Shown: positions 39,116 through 51,093 of the stretch, in pieces | Numbering within the stretch: position 1 is the stretch's first letter | Layout: each line of letters begins with the position of its first letter | Assembly: GCA_008632985.1 (NCBI GenBank) | Contig: QPGO01000009.1 | Location: 558,001 to 622,000, forward strand | From: Psammoneis japonica | Taxonomy: Eukaryota | Reading direction: 5' to 3' | DNA: 64,000 nucleotides | Program-made: the position numbers and the translations under genes | The notes under the pieces: model-generated | The model's database searches: none | Seen by the model: the letters and a program-made list of their open reading frames with translations, nothing else | What the model was told of the DNA's origin: nothing

Positions 39116-41419
39116 TTGGCTGTCATGCTGCTGCTTGCATGTGAAGGGCTGGGGGTCCATTTTGTCAACAGCAGTGCTGTTTTGCCAATGGTCAATGTTT
39201 TGCCACATGCAATCTGAGGATGTTTTGAGAAGTGTTGTGATCCTGTTTGGACAGTTGCACAGAATCTTTTGTCCAGATTCTGCAGTTCTTTTGGGCTGCT
39301 CTGCAAGATTTTTGAGTTGATGCACACAAATGTCAAAAGCCAAGAAAAATTCAATGACATGCAAATGCATCAGAGACCAACATGAATTTGTCTTCCTTGT
39401 GAACCATGTTCTCCTGCCTGCTTGCACCTCACACATGCATTGTCAACACATGGCACAAGTTGCAGCACATGTGGAAGACCAGATCAAGCTCCAGCTTGCC
39501 ACAGAATGCAAGCCACATTGTTGCCAATCATTGAAGAAGCATTGAACATTTTGTTGCAACTCTTTGTTTGTGAAGATAATGAGATGCAGCCATTTGGCAA
39601 AGTGTCCAATTGATGATGCACAGCCACTCTGTCTCCAATTCTGAAGTCATTGATGGTGGGGGCACTTTGTCTGGCAAGCAACTTCTCCCAGCACCTGCAG
39701 CAGAATCAGCTCTGGCAGTGGCAGTTGCTGCTGACACAATCAGCCCAAGTGCCCTGCCCTTGTTGGAGCATGGTTCCCTGATCTCCAATTGCAGTTGGCT
39801 TCATTCTTGCATCAAATCTTCCAGCATGGCATGGGTCCACTCTCAAGTGTGTGATGCCAAAGGCCAACACATGTGCAAAGCATCACAATCAACACTTTTC
39901 TCTCACAGAAATTGGAGCCAAGGACAGGCCATTTGCCAGCTCTGCCCACAAAGCAAGAGCTTGTAAAGGACACAGTGCTGCAAGTGCTCCTTGCAAGAAT
40001 CTTTTGATTGCCAGCTGGGTTTCTGCAAGAGAGCAAAAGGTGTTGTTGGCTCTCTCAATCTTGTGGTTGTTTTGCTGCAGGAAATTCTGATCTTGTGATC
40101 TTCTGGGTCTTTGTCATTCCAGAAGACTTTGCCCTGTTGGCAAAAGATGTTGCACCATCCTCATCAGGTGTTGAGCTCTTCACCACCTCTGCACAGATCT
40201 GGGTTTTTGAGCTATCCCCAACATGTGCACCCATCTGAACAAGGGCCAAACAGCCAGAGGTGGCAGAACAAATGACTTCAGGCTCCAAACGTGGCAGGCA
40301 CAGAGACAAGGAACACCCTTGGACACCTGCCTCTGTTGTCTTTTTGCAGTGCATCTCTTGTTGTGACTCTGTTGAATTTCTTTTTCATGGCTAAGATGAG
40401 CCCCTCTTTGTGCTGTTTGCTTCAGCTGCCATGTCATTTGCCCCCCCCCCCCCCTGCTCTGATGCCACTCACTGTCATGACTTCTTGTCTCCACAAGGTC
40501 AGGAGCATCTTCATGAAAAAAAATGCCAAGAAGCCTTTGGCAAGGCTGCACTTGGCATTGTTGACAATGACTGTAACAGCACTGTGCTTGGGACAAAGCT
40601 CAAGCTCATGCTTTGATCTGAGAGGGAGATGAAGGTTTGCAGAGTGTCAAGCTCTGGAACACGGGTGCTGGTGGGCTTGGCACCAAGGAGTTTTGTAAAC
40701 TTCTTGGCAACCAAGCTTGCTCTTGGCAGCAGAGTCACCTGGTGGAGACCAACAACCTTGACCATGACATGCTTTTCTGCATCTAGAAAGATGACAGTAG
40801 ATCTGTGACATCCAAGCTCATTCTTGCTTTCCAACTTGAGCGGGTTTTTGACGTTGCAGCACAGCACCATGGACACATGGGTGGTCATCTCAAATTGGGT
40901 TGCACGTTCAATGACATCAAGAAGAAGTTTTACAATGTCACAGAGATGCTGGGTTTCTCACTCCCACTGCCACATGCTGGTTGCTGCACCCCTTGCAGCC
41001 AAACAACCAGAGTGCTGGAGAAGCCCCTTTCTTCAATGCCTCCAGCTGCTTTCCAATCAGCCAAGCCATGCACTCACCATGGGTGCAGGCTCTTGTTCTG
41101 GCGTGTTGTGTTTTTCTTGGCAGTGGTGCTTGGTCAGTGTGGGTTCTTCCTGTTGAGCAATTGTGTGCACTCACAGCTTGGGAGGTCTGCAATTAATTGT
41201 GTGTAAAATGTGTGGTGGGGTGGATGTGTTCAGGTGGTGGGGTGGGGGGAAATGCCTCGCAGCCAATCACGCACAAAATCTACGCTCTGCAGTCTGCAGT
41301 GGGGGGGAAATGCCTTGAGTGCAAAAACTGCCAACTGACTTCGATCGCCCCAGTTAGTCTACTGTACGTGACATTACATGAGATTCATCGGTCCCGCCCC
41401 ATGTCAACGGAATCCAAAA

Positions 41420-41760
41420 TTTTGAATTTGAACGAACAGACAGTGAAAACCACAATGGGCACATCGCAACAAATGCGACAAAGTCGAGATTTGCAACCCG
41501 ACATTATTTCCTGTGCAAGTTTCATGGAATGCCTGTCGAAAAGCACCGACCCCGATGCCTCCTTAACAACGCTGGACCTTTTGGAGCAAGCAACCGAAAT
41601 GTACAATCGCGCAACGAATGAAGAGCACATGCCGAATCTAAGAACGTTCACGATGGCTTTTCTGGTGTTGTCCAAGTGCCCACATCGTGTTGGTAACGTG
41701 GTCAAGGGGCACGAGAATTGTTGCAAAGACCAAACGACATGCACACAGAGACTTAGTCAG
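41420..41760 (+). pseudogene. pentatricopeptide-repeat (PPR) gene fragment
   Basis: LQPDIISCASFMECLSKS and MPNLRTFTMAFLVLSK are PPR-like; truncated. Confidence 0.55.
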
Positions 41761-42450
41761 CAAGGTTCAAGCTACCCGCATCACCTAAACAATTTGAGGT
41801 AAGTTCTGGTCCACAACCATGTGTTTTGCAATGAAAAGGAGATAGTCAGAATACTAAAACATCCGCCTTGGTTTAAGACTAACGACCACCCCTACGGTAG
41901 AAGTGCGCATGTGCGAGCTAGAAGTAGTACTCTACTAAGGTATTGTATAGAATTACAAGCGGACGTTTTAGGAACTCTGTTTTCTATTCCTTTTATTTGA
42001 GACGTGTTTTTATTGTCTCTCTAGAGAGGTATGATTTGTAGTTTTTTCATGGGAGCCTTGTAAAATTATTGCTCCCAACGAATGCTCTTTTCTCTTCCGT
42101 CAATGTTTCAACAACAAGCTTGACTTCCGAAGCGACACGACTTACATGATAGCAATGCGAGCCTGAATTAGAGTGTGGTCAATGAATTCTCTTTCGTCAA
42201 TGTTGCCTCTCTGTTTCAACGTGACGTCCGAAACGGCCTCGGCTTACAGTACTGCGAGCCTGAATTCTTGAGCAGTAAAAGCGAACCGACATGGTGCAAA
42301 CGTCAGAGAAAGCGCGTTCTCTATTAGATTGCAATGTTCTTGGACCGACTGTGTCATCAATATTCCGAGTACTAGCCTTCATATGGTCTGACATGGTCAC
42401 CGGATGTCATAACAAACACCTCTTCGGAAGGACTTGTTGGTGGAACAGGT

Positions 42451-43088
42451 GGGGGCATCTGGTGAGTTTTAGCTACTGCTTCGAGACTACCACACAGGTA
42501 GCCCTACTAGGCAACCCCACGACTGACGTAATGCCCCCCTTGGTGAAGACGTTGGCGAGTGTTGCGCTACTGCTTCGTGACTATCGGTAAAGGCTAAATG
42601 CCCGGTCCGCCGATGCCCTATTAGGTAGCCCCGTCTAACGTCCACCTTGCCTTTGCGGCAAAATTCGTTCTTCTCCCAACCAATGGATATGCGTGCGAGT
42701 TGATGTGCCACTGCTTCGTGACTATGAATAATTGACGAGAGGCTGAAGCCTTCACATCTACTCATGCCCTAATAGGTGGCCCCGCAATCTAACATTCCGG
42801 ACTGTGAATTCGTGTGCGAGTTCGCGTTACTGCTTCGAGTCTGGATAATTGACAAGAGGCCGTCTCGGGTTGCGAGACTGAGTGCCACGTCTATCCAAGT
42901 CCTAATGAGTAACCTCGCTTCCACGTTCACGCCGCCCCATGGCAGCAAAAGCCACAACAAGTCAAGTACGAGATTTTGCTACTGCTTCGGGTAGAGCAAT
43001 TGACAAGAGGCCGTCTCTTATTCCAACGTTGTTGGGAGACCGAGTGCCACGTCTGCTCAGTCCTAATGGGTAGCCTCGCATTGCTGCT
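42451..43088 (-). ncRNA. putative structured RNA: five tandem covarying hairpins with a conserved internal loop
   Basis: Units at 42462-42520, 42555-42634, 42695-42785, 42816-42918 and 42968-43079 share invariant ACTGCTTCG and GYCCTA, with compensatory stem changes. Most mismatches become G-U on the minus strand. Confidence 0.6.
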
Positions 43089-44979
43089 GTGCTTTTCAAA
43101 ACGTCCTTCTTGGTGAATCCAATCCCAAACCACAATCAGTACATCGCCTCGCCTTGAATATCCCAGACCGCCGTGCCGCAACCTAGACACGAGCACCTCA
43201 ACGTATTCGCTTCTTGCCCGCAACCACGGTGAACGATAATTCTGTCTCTGTGTACGTACAAGCAGGCGAGAGCGAGGTGAGTGGATGAAATACAAAAGAA
43301 AAAGTAACAACACGATACACGATTACGACAAGAACACACGTACCTTACTCTGCAACGACAAAGCCGGCAGCAAGCAGAACGCCCATGGCCACTGCAACGA
43401 GCGCCATGGTCAAAAGAGAAACACAATCAACTCCTCCATTTTACTGCCGTGTTGTTCGAGTTGATTGTCAGAATTATGAGCAAATCAAGAGCGAGCGGAA
43501 ATTCAGCATCGGATTGTTCGTGTACCAGAAGCACGTAAAGTCCACGGAGCCTCAGTCCTCGGTCTTCCACGACTCGTGTGCTCTCGGTGCCTGGCAGGTT
43601 TCGACAACTTATCCTCAAGTGGGATCAGATATTTTCAAAAGTGTCGGAACCGGTACTGGCATGCCGAATCTTCCAAAAACGAGCGGCAAATCGATCGCGA
43701 GCGTCATGGCATGGTGAAGTTTCTTGTTCTTTGATGGTCGCGCGTTGGTTAGTCCTCAGATCTTTGCGGACGCACATCAGACGTAGATTTCGAACATTTC
43801 AAAATTTATGAGCATGTATGTTATTTTGTTATTTTGTCTTGATGTCTTCCGGATGTTCCATTTCGCGGATGACAAAAATAAACGTTGCTGCATCGATCTT
43901 TACCGAGCTGTTCCATTGGGAAAGAGACTGGTGGTCCCGCGCAAACAGAATTCCATGTGGAAGGAGGTCCATGGCGCTGTGTGTTCGGGGATGGAGCCCA
44001 CGAAACGATTTGTCTTTGTCTCCAGTTCCTTCTGCTTCAAGATCGCACTTGGCCCAAAACAGCTCTTGTTTTCTGCTTTTCATGTTGCAAAAGATCTTTT
44101 TTCGACGGGATCTCTGGTGATGAGGAAAACCAACAAAGATTGCAGCAGACAAGCTGTGTCAGCAGCTGCTGTGGCATCGGATGCTTTTGGGCAATGTTCT
44201 CAAATCATTTGGTGGTTGCAATCGCCTGCCTGGTGTGGAGCGCCAGTTGCGCTCGCAGTTGTTTTCTGCTGGCAACTTGTCAGAGAGCATGCACACAGTC
44301 CATCTGGAGATGTTTGAGGACAACCTCATGTGTCAACCTTGTAAGTTTAGTGACTTCGTTGTCAAAATTTGGCAATGCTGCAAAGGTGATTGCATCAACG
44401 TCCAACCAAAAAAACATGCTGCAACAGTGTCTTCTCACCAAAGCAATCAGCAAATGATGTGACCACATTTGTCACAAAAAAATTGTCCACTGACTCTTCC
44501 TTGTCCAAGGCCAAGACAGCCATTTCCCCACAATGCAACAAACTTGCCACACAGGGCTTCTCTCAGCCTGCTCGCCATCTGTGGTGTCAGCGATCAGGTT
44601 TTCAAAAAGTGCACAACAAAAATCACATGGCTTTAGCCCAGCCAAATGACAAGTTGACAGAAAGACAATCTCACTCCAAAGATGCAACAGGACTCCTGCA
44701 AACTGGTGGCAAAAGTGACTCCCCCCAATCCTCCATCCTGCGGAAGATCCTAAAACTCATCTGGAGTCAAGACCACCCTCAAACATCCAGAGGTTTTGGC
44801 AGATGCCTGCCATGCAACTTTTTCTTTTGAAAAAATGCAAGGAATGGTGCTTCTTTGCATGATCTTGTGCTCAGCAACATGACAAGCAGACCTGCAGAAT
44901 TTCATGGTTCAATTGATGCTGTTCACATTGCAGCCAACCAACAAGCCAGCTGATCCCTGAGACAACGTTTTCACACATG

Positions 44980-45890
44980 AGGCTTCATTCCCATTGACAG
45001 CCAACAATGAGTTGCAAACTTGAACTGCTTTGGCAAGGAACTGAGAAACCAGATTGTTTTTGCTGTCCCAGAAAGAGCTTGCAGAAAAACAACAAGCTCA
45101 CAGTTTTGAGCTCTGCTTCACGCTTGCAATGTGAAATGAATGATGAAGCACCAGACTGGCACCAAAGCAAAATGTGTTTGTCATGCAAGATCATGTTGCC
45201 ATGTGCCTGCAAAAGCATTTTTCAACTCAAGAAGGATCCCAAAATGCAACATCTCAAAGGTGCTCTGAAACTGAGCCGGGAGCTTGGTTTCCTCCAGCAC
45301 AATGGCTTGTGTGAACAAGAACTCTCAACTCTGTGACTCAGTGTGACAGAGCTTTTTTTTTTTGATTGGTGTGGCTCTGAAGCCATGCCAGCTAATTGGA
45401 GATGATTTGCTTGACACGAGGCTTCATTCCCATTGACAGCCAACAATGAGTTGCAAACTTGAGCTGCTTTGGCAAGGAACTGAGAGACCAGATTGTTTTT
45501 GCTGTCCCAGAAAGGGCTTGCAGAAAAACAACAAGCTTGCAGTTCTGAGTTCTGCCTCATGCATGCAATGTGAAATGAACAACAAAACACCGGACTGGGG
45601 CAAAAGCATTTCTTCAACACAAGGATCCCAAAATGCAACACCAAAGGTGCTGTGAAGCTGAGCCGGAAGCTTGGTTTCCTCCAGCACAGTGGCTTTTGTG
45701 GACAAGAATTGTTGACTCTGTCATTCAGTGTGACAGAGGTGCTGTGAAGCTGAGCCAGAAGCTTGGTTTTCTCCAGCACAATGGCTTTTGTGGACAAGAA
45801 TTGTCAACTCTGTCATTCAGTGTGACAGAGCTTTTTTCCCATTTATGTGGCTCTGAAGCCATGCCAGCTGATTGGAGATGATTTGCTTGC
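44980..45890. repeat. tandem duplication of about 440 bp with a nested about 90-bp duplication
   Basis: GAGGCTTCATTCCCATTGACAGCCAACAATGAGTTGCAAACTTGA at 44980 and 45418; GGTGCTGTGAAGCTGAGCC at 45646 and 45738. Confidence 0.85.
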
Positions 45891-46874
45891 CAGAAGGTTC
45901 AAAGCTTCCAAAAGCCACCCGCACCACCTCAACAATTGACAAAAAGCTCCAGGTCACAACAGATGTGCACACCATTTTGCATTGCAAAGGAGACAGCCAC
46001 AACACTGCCACACATCCCTCTTGCTTTGTGGCTGATGACCACCTCCAAGCCCTCAAAGTGCATGTGTGCCAGCTGGAAGCAGGGCTGCAATGATGAACAA
46101 GTGCAAGTGGGTGTGTGGCAAAAACTGCTGGCACTCCAGAGAAACTGAGTTTGGCACTTGGACCAGGTCAGCAAATGCAACTTGAAGGCAGCTGTGGCTG
46201 GGAACAACAAAGAGTCAACCCCTCATTTCTTGTTGTTGTTTGCTGATGTTCTCATGGGAGAGTGTTCTTGTGTTCTGAGAAAGTGGTGCTCCCCACCACA
46301 ATTTCTCTTCAATGCAAGTTCAGCCCACTGCACCTTCAAACGGCCACCATGTCAAAATCTCACTGAGGTCTGTCAGGTTTTTGGCACACCCAAGGTCTCA
46401 ACTCACCTGCTGATGAATGACATGACAAGAAGCAAGACTGCTGTCTGCACCACCTTGCACAGCATTGCCAGAGAAGTTGTGCAGTTGAGACAGATGCAAG
46501 GAAACTGCCTTGTGCTCAGAAGTTGTGTTGCACCCAGTGTCTCTTCTGTCATGTTGCGCCAAAGTTCTGGAAGAGTGCCAGCTTTGCACATTTTGTCATG
46601 GTCTTTGAGGGCATGACATGGAGTGGTTCTCAAGGCAAAACAGTCCCTGCAGAAGGCAGAACTGTCAACAGCATTGTGCCACATCAATTTGCTGGGTGCC
46701 GTGGCTCACAACAACAGAGTTGAAGCTGAAACAATCCACCCTTCTTGCTGCTTGGTGCAAAAGACTCAAAAACATGGAGACCATCATGCCAGAAAAGTGC
46801 TTGTGTCTCTTTTGGCCAAGAGTTGCTGACATCTGAAAAGGAGCTTTGGTGCTTCTTGGAACAGAAAACTTGAA

Positions 46875-47853
46875 CAGGCACAACTGGAAAATGTTGTGGC
46901 TCTTGTTCAGAATTCAGAGTTGTGTGTTCACAATCATTGACAAAGGGAGTTCACTGATTGTTGGAACCTTCCAAGTGGGGTTTGACAGTCAATGTAAATC
47001 AGTTGGTGCATCACAAACACACTTCTTGACAATTTTTTGTGTCTGCTTGTTTCAACATTCTTTTCATGTCTGTCCACAATTAAACTGACTTTCCAAGCAG
47101 GAAACAACAGTTGATGAAACTTGTCACTTGCATTTGTTTCTGTCTTGCAGTGACAACCATGTGTTTGCAACAACTTTCTTGACATTGTTCATTTCTGACA
47201 ATGACGATGTTCAATTGTCTTGTCAACCTGATTGTGCATCGGCTGTGCACTGCTCATCATCTGATTTGCAAATGTCCCATTTTGTCATTTCTGTGCTGCG
47301 CACCAAACAACGCTCCATTTTTCCCGTTCTTGTTTTTCTCCTGCATTTCACCAGTTCCTGTTGTCCTCAGTCCCTGCACAATGGGTGCAATGTTTTGGTC
47401 CTTGTGACCTCCCTTGCAACCACTCTTGCTCTCTCCACAATCATCTGCAGCAGGCAACTGCATCATCCTGCAACAATCTGTCTTGCATTCCTTCTGTTTG
47501 GCAGGCCAAAGTGTTGCCTGCAACAAGAGAAAACTTTGTGCCAATGATTGAGTTTTGTGCATGTCTTGTTTTTCTTGCAATCTCTCATCTCGTGCACTGC
47601 TTCTGCTCACCTTTGTGCCCTTTCCCATTGCCCACATGCCATTGCAGGTCAGGTCACATGTCTGGATGTCTGCACGCAAAGCTGTGCATGGGTGTCAGTT
47701 GTTTTCATTGTGCACCCAATCTCCATGCACTTGCCACTTGTTTTTCTCACCTTGTGTCTTGTGTCCTGCATTTGTTCCATCCCATCCACAATGCCACTGC
47801 CTTCCCCACTGCTCTCATTGTCAGATGTTGGATGCGACCAGAGCTTGCATTTT
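46875..47853 (-). repeat. about 1-kb degenerate element, inverted copy of 38135-39115
   Basis: Colinear reverse-complement similarity to 38135-39115. Confidence 0.85.
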
Positions 47854-47856
47854 TAA

Positions 47857-48485
47857 AACTTGGCATGCCAGCAACTTTGGGGCAAAAATCAGCATGCCAA
47901 CTTTGGGGCAAAAGTCTGCACACTGACTTTAGGTTGAAACTTGGCACACAAATTTTGGGGCAGAACTTGGCCCACCAACTTTGGAACAAAACTTGGCATG
48001 CCAACATTGGGGCAAACTTGGCATGCCAACGTTGCAGCAAAACTTGGCGTGCCAACTTTGGGAAAAACTCAGCACGCCAACTTTGGGGCACAACTTGGCA
48101 CACAGAGTTTCAAAGCAAAACTTGGCATGCCAACTTTGCAGCAAAACTTGACATGCCAACTTTGGGGCAAAATGTGGCATGCCAACTTTGGGGCACACTT
48201 GGCATGCCAACTTTGCAGCGAAACTCGGCATGCCAACTTTGGGGCAAAAACTGGCACGCCACTTTGGGGCGAAACTCGGCATGCCAACCTCAGGGCAAAA
48301 CTTGGCATGCCAACTTTGGGACAACAAAAGTTGGCATGCCAAGTTTGGGTTGTTTTGACCCAAAGTTGGCATGCCAAGTTTGCCCCAAAATTGTCATGCC
48401 AAGTTTTGTCTTTGAGCTGGCATGCCAAGTTTTGCCCCAAAGTTGGCATGATTTTGCTGCAAAGTTGGCACAGCCCACCAAGTTT
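47857..48485. repeat. TTGGCATGCCAA satellite with an orientation switch at about 48325
   Basis: AAACTTGGCATGCCAACTTTGGGGC units, followed by inverted units; same family as 32765-33085. Confidence 0.88.
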
Positions 48486-49640
48486 TGTCCCTTGGATCAA
48501 GATTGTAAATGCAAAATTTGCAGGCTGATCATGATCATGCATTGCATGTGTTTTCCCACCATTTCCATTGAGCGCTCTGCGTGGCTGTCAACAAAAATTG
48601 CACCTGCATTTCAAAATTCTCAAATCAAAAGGAAGCTTGTTCTCAACCAAAAATGCAGCATGCTTCTCTGCCACTGCCTGAGCAATGAAGCCCAAGAGAA
48701 TGTGCCTCATGGCTTGTGCCATGTCTGCTTGTTCATGATTGTTTGCACCCAGCACAGCCAAGATCTTGCTGTTCTTGTTGTTTTGTGCATGTGAGCACAT
48801 TGCGTGTCATCGCAGGCATCGTCACATGCACATCAATCAACAGTGCCTCCTCTGCCATGCTCTCCTTCCTTGGTCACTTCTGACCCATCCTCATCAGATC
48901 TGGCTGCATTGGCTGAGAGCCCCAAGGCAGCCAAGGGATTGCAAAGGCAACACAGAACAATCTCAAGTCTTGATGTTTCAACATTCAACACTGAAATGTG
49001 GCCCCACCCCTCCGCTGAACACAGAACCTTCAAGTGATTGTGACACATGAATTTGTTCTGTGGAATTCTGCAAAATAGACAGCAATCATTGCTCAACAAA
49101 AACGTTAGATTTTGCACCCAATCAAACTGCCAAGCGAGCTCACAAGGGTGCTTTTGTGCGCACTGCGCTCATTCACTCAACCCAGCGCACCCCGAGATGA
49201 TGGGGATTGCTCCTCACAGGTTTGGACTCATGTTGTTTTATGTTGTTGAGGATGCTCGAAGCAGGCATGGGGAACAAAGGCAAGAGCTGTGGGGAAAAAC
49301 AGTGTTACAGTTGATACACGCGAAAGCAAATTGAGCTGCGATCTCTCTCTAGCTAGCCAGAGTAGAGAGAGTGGAAATGCGGGGATTGTTTGTTGTTTTT
49401 CGAAATTATTGATTTTGGAATTTCAATATAACATACATTGCGGCATATCCGAAAATGATATGATACCCTTTTGGCTATGTAGGCGCTGGTATGTTTCGCT
49501 GCGTAGATAGAAGTAGAATACCGGTAGCATCATTGGTGGCAGACAACGACGAAGCAAGATCGTGCCCCGCCCTCGTGTCGTCGAGTGTCGAGAGATGCGA
49601 GAGTACCTCACAACACCAAACATCATCAAGCCGGTCAACC

Positions 49641-50723
49641 ATGATGAAGCCGTTGCAGCTGATATTCCTAATATCCCTCGTCGTAAGGAGACAAGAGGTG
49701 TTTATTGAAGCACGGTACAGCAACGCTAGAGGTGGAGCAAGTAACAAGGGCGCCGCTCGCCCAAAGAACAAACAGACTACGTCAGAAGACACAGACGGCA
49801 AGAAAAAAATTCCGTTGCAAACCCTTTTTGCGAGTGTCAGTCGACAGACGGCTGCTCCGTTTCTTCGAAAAACGAAAGAAAATGTCAAGGTAGCGTCGCA
49901 GACAGTGGTGGAATTCAAAGAAAAAGCGGCGCACGCGAAAGAACGCTTTGATTTGGAACAGCAATGCAAAGAAGTTGAACGACAGTAAGTTTATGCGGGA
50001 CCTTTGAGGTTTCATTTTTGCACTCGTGATTCTTATATGATTATATTGTTTTCCATCAGAGCCTTGCATCACAGGACACGCGCCGACTCACTCATGCTGG
50101 AGAGCGATACGATTTTTGAAAAGCGCCACAAAAGCCTCGGTTCACCCGATACGTTGCTGCCGTCCTCAGAAGCCCGACGTCTCTTGGATAGCTTCTTAAC
50201 GCTCGACAAAAAAGTCACAGGCGTCGTTTCGTCTCCAATTGATTCTCTGGTACAAAAGGAAATTAAAGCATTAGAAAAGGAAGAGCTTCAAGCCAAATCT
50301 AAGCAGTGGCAAGTCAAGGAAGCAGAGCGACGGGTCTTGGCGGCACAGCGCAATGTCGAGGCGGCCAAGAACGCCGAACAAATGGCGTTGCAGCGACTTG
50401 ACGATGCACGAAGGAATCTAGTACAGGCGACGCGGAATATTGAGTCGAGTGAACAAGAAAAAGAAGACATGGAATCCAAAGAAGCGATTGCTGTATCCGA
50501 AAATGATTACGCCCACGATGCTCTGGATAGACAGCGGGAACGCGTTCGTGCGGGACTATTGAAAAAGGAAACGGAAAGTCTGCTCGGTGAGGCCGCAATG
50601 TTGAAATCGCAAGCGGCCGACGAGGAGAAAGAGGCCAAGGCGTTTGAAAAGGAGGGACAAGACTTGAGGAGTCAACTGCAAAGAATGATTGCCGAGCATA
50701 GGAGATTGGGTTATTGCAATTGA
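49641..50723 (+). CDS. hypothetical coiled-coil protein with signal-peptide-like N-terminus; 2 exons (49641-49984, 50060-50723)
   Basis: GTAAGT...CATCAG intron 49985-50059 joins the two ORFs in frame; E/K/A/R-rich helical sequence. Confidence 0.75.
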
Positions 50724-51093
50724 AGCAACTGAATATGTTGTGAGATACAATGGGATGGGGTGTTTTTTTTTAACGATGCTAATATTAACTAGGTCAACCG
50801 CAGCAAAGTTCTTAATAGCGAGATCTGGCACCGACACACCCTGCCCCATACCGGTAAATAAAAGCAAGGTCGATCGATTATCGAGGAAGATGATGATGAT
50901 AATTCCACGATTCCACGTGTTGTTTGAACCGGGCGACGACTGACGGAATCGCGACGATGCGCCGCGATGCGATGCGACGATGCGACGATCGACGATGACG
51001 GAAGTTGACAACACTGTAACACAAAACAAACAAGGACGGGACCGGCCACTTTAAAACACCATTATTGCATCAAGCTGCAGTGTAGAAGCACTC

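Noticed and set aside
22600..41300. Classical RIP or CpG deamination alone
   Set aside because: RIP raises TpA; CpG decay explains CG loss but not TA loss or Tyr>Cys/His.
42451..43088. Known ribozyme or RNA (hammerhead, twister, HDV, pistol, hairpin, TPP riboswitch, telomerase template, snoRNA)
   Set aside because: Required motifs were not found by eye (no CUGANGA/GAAA core, no pseudoknot order, no catalytic A38 equivalent, no C/D boxes, no extended CCCUAA template). An Rfam search is still needed.
47857..48485. Palindromic repeat array as CRISPR
   Set aside because: No unique spacers, degenerate about 22-bp units, no cas genes, eukaryotic context.
22600..49300. Hundreds of overlapping Cys/His/Trp-rich ORFs in all six frames (e.g. 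47361-48794, 35740-36672, 25934-26614)
   Set aside because: Artefact of TA loss removing TAA/TAG stops and of tandem repeats; no coherent protein features.
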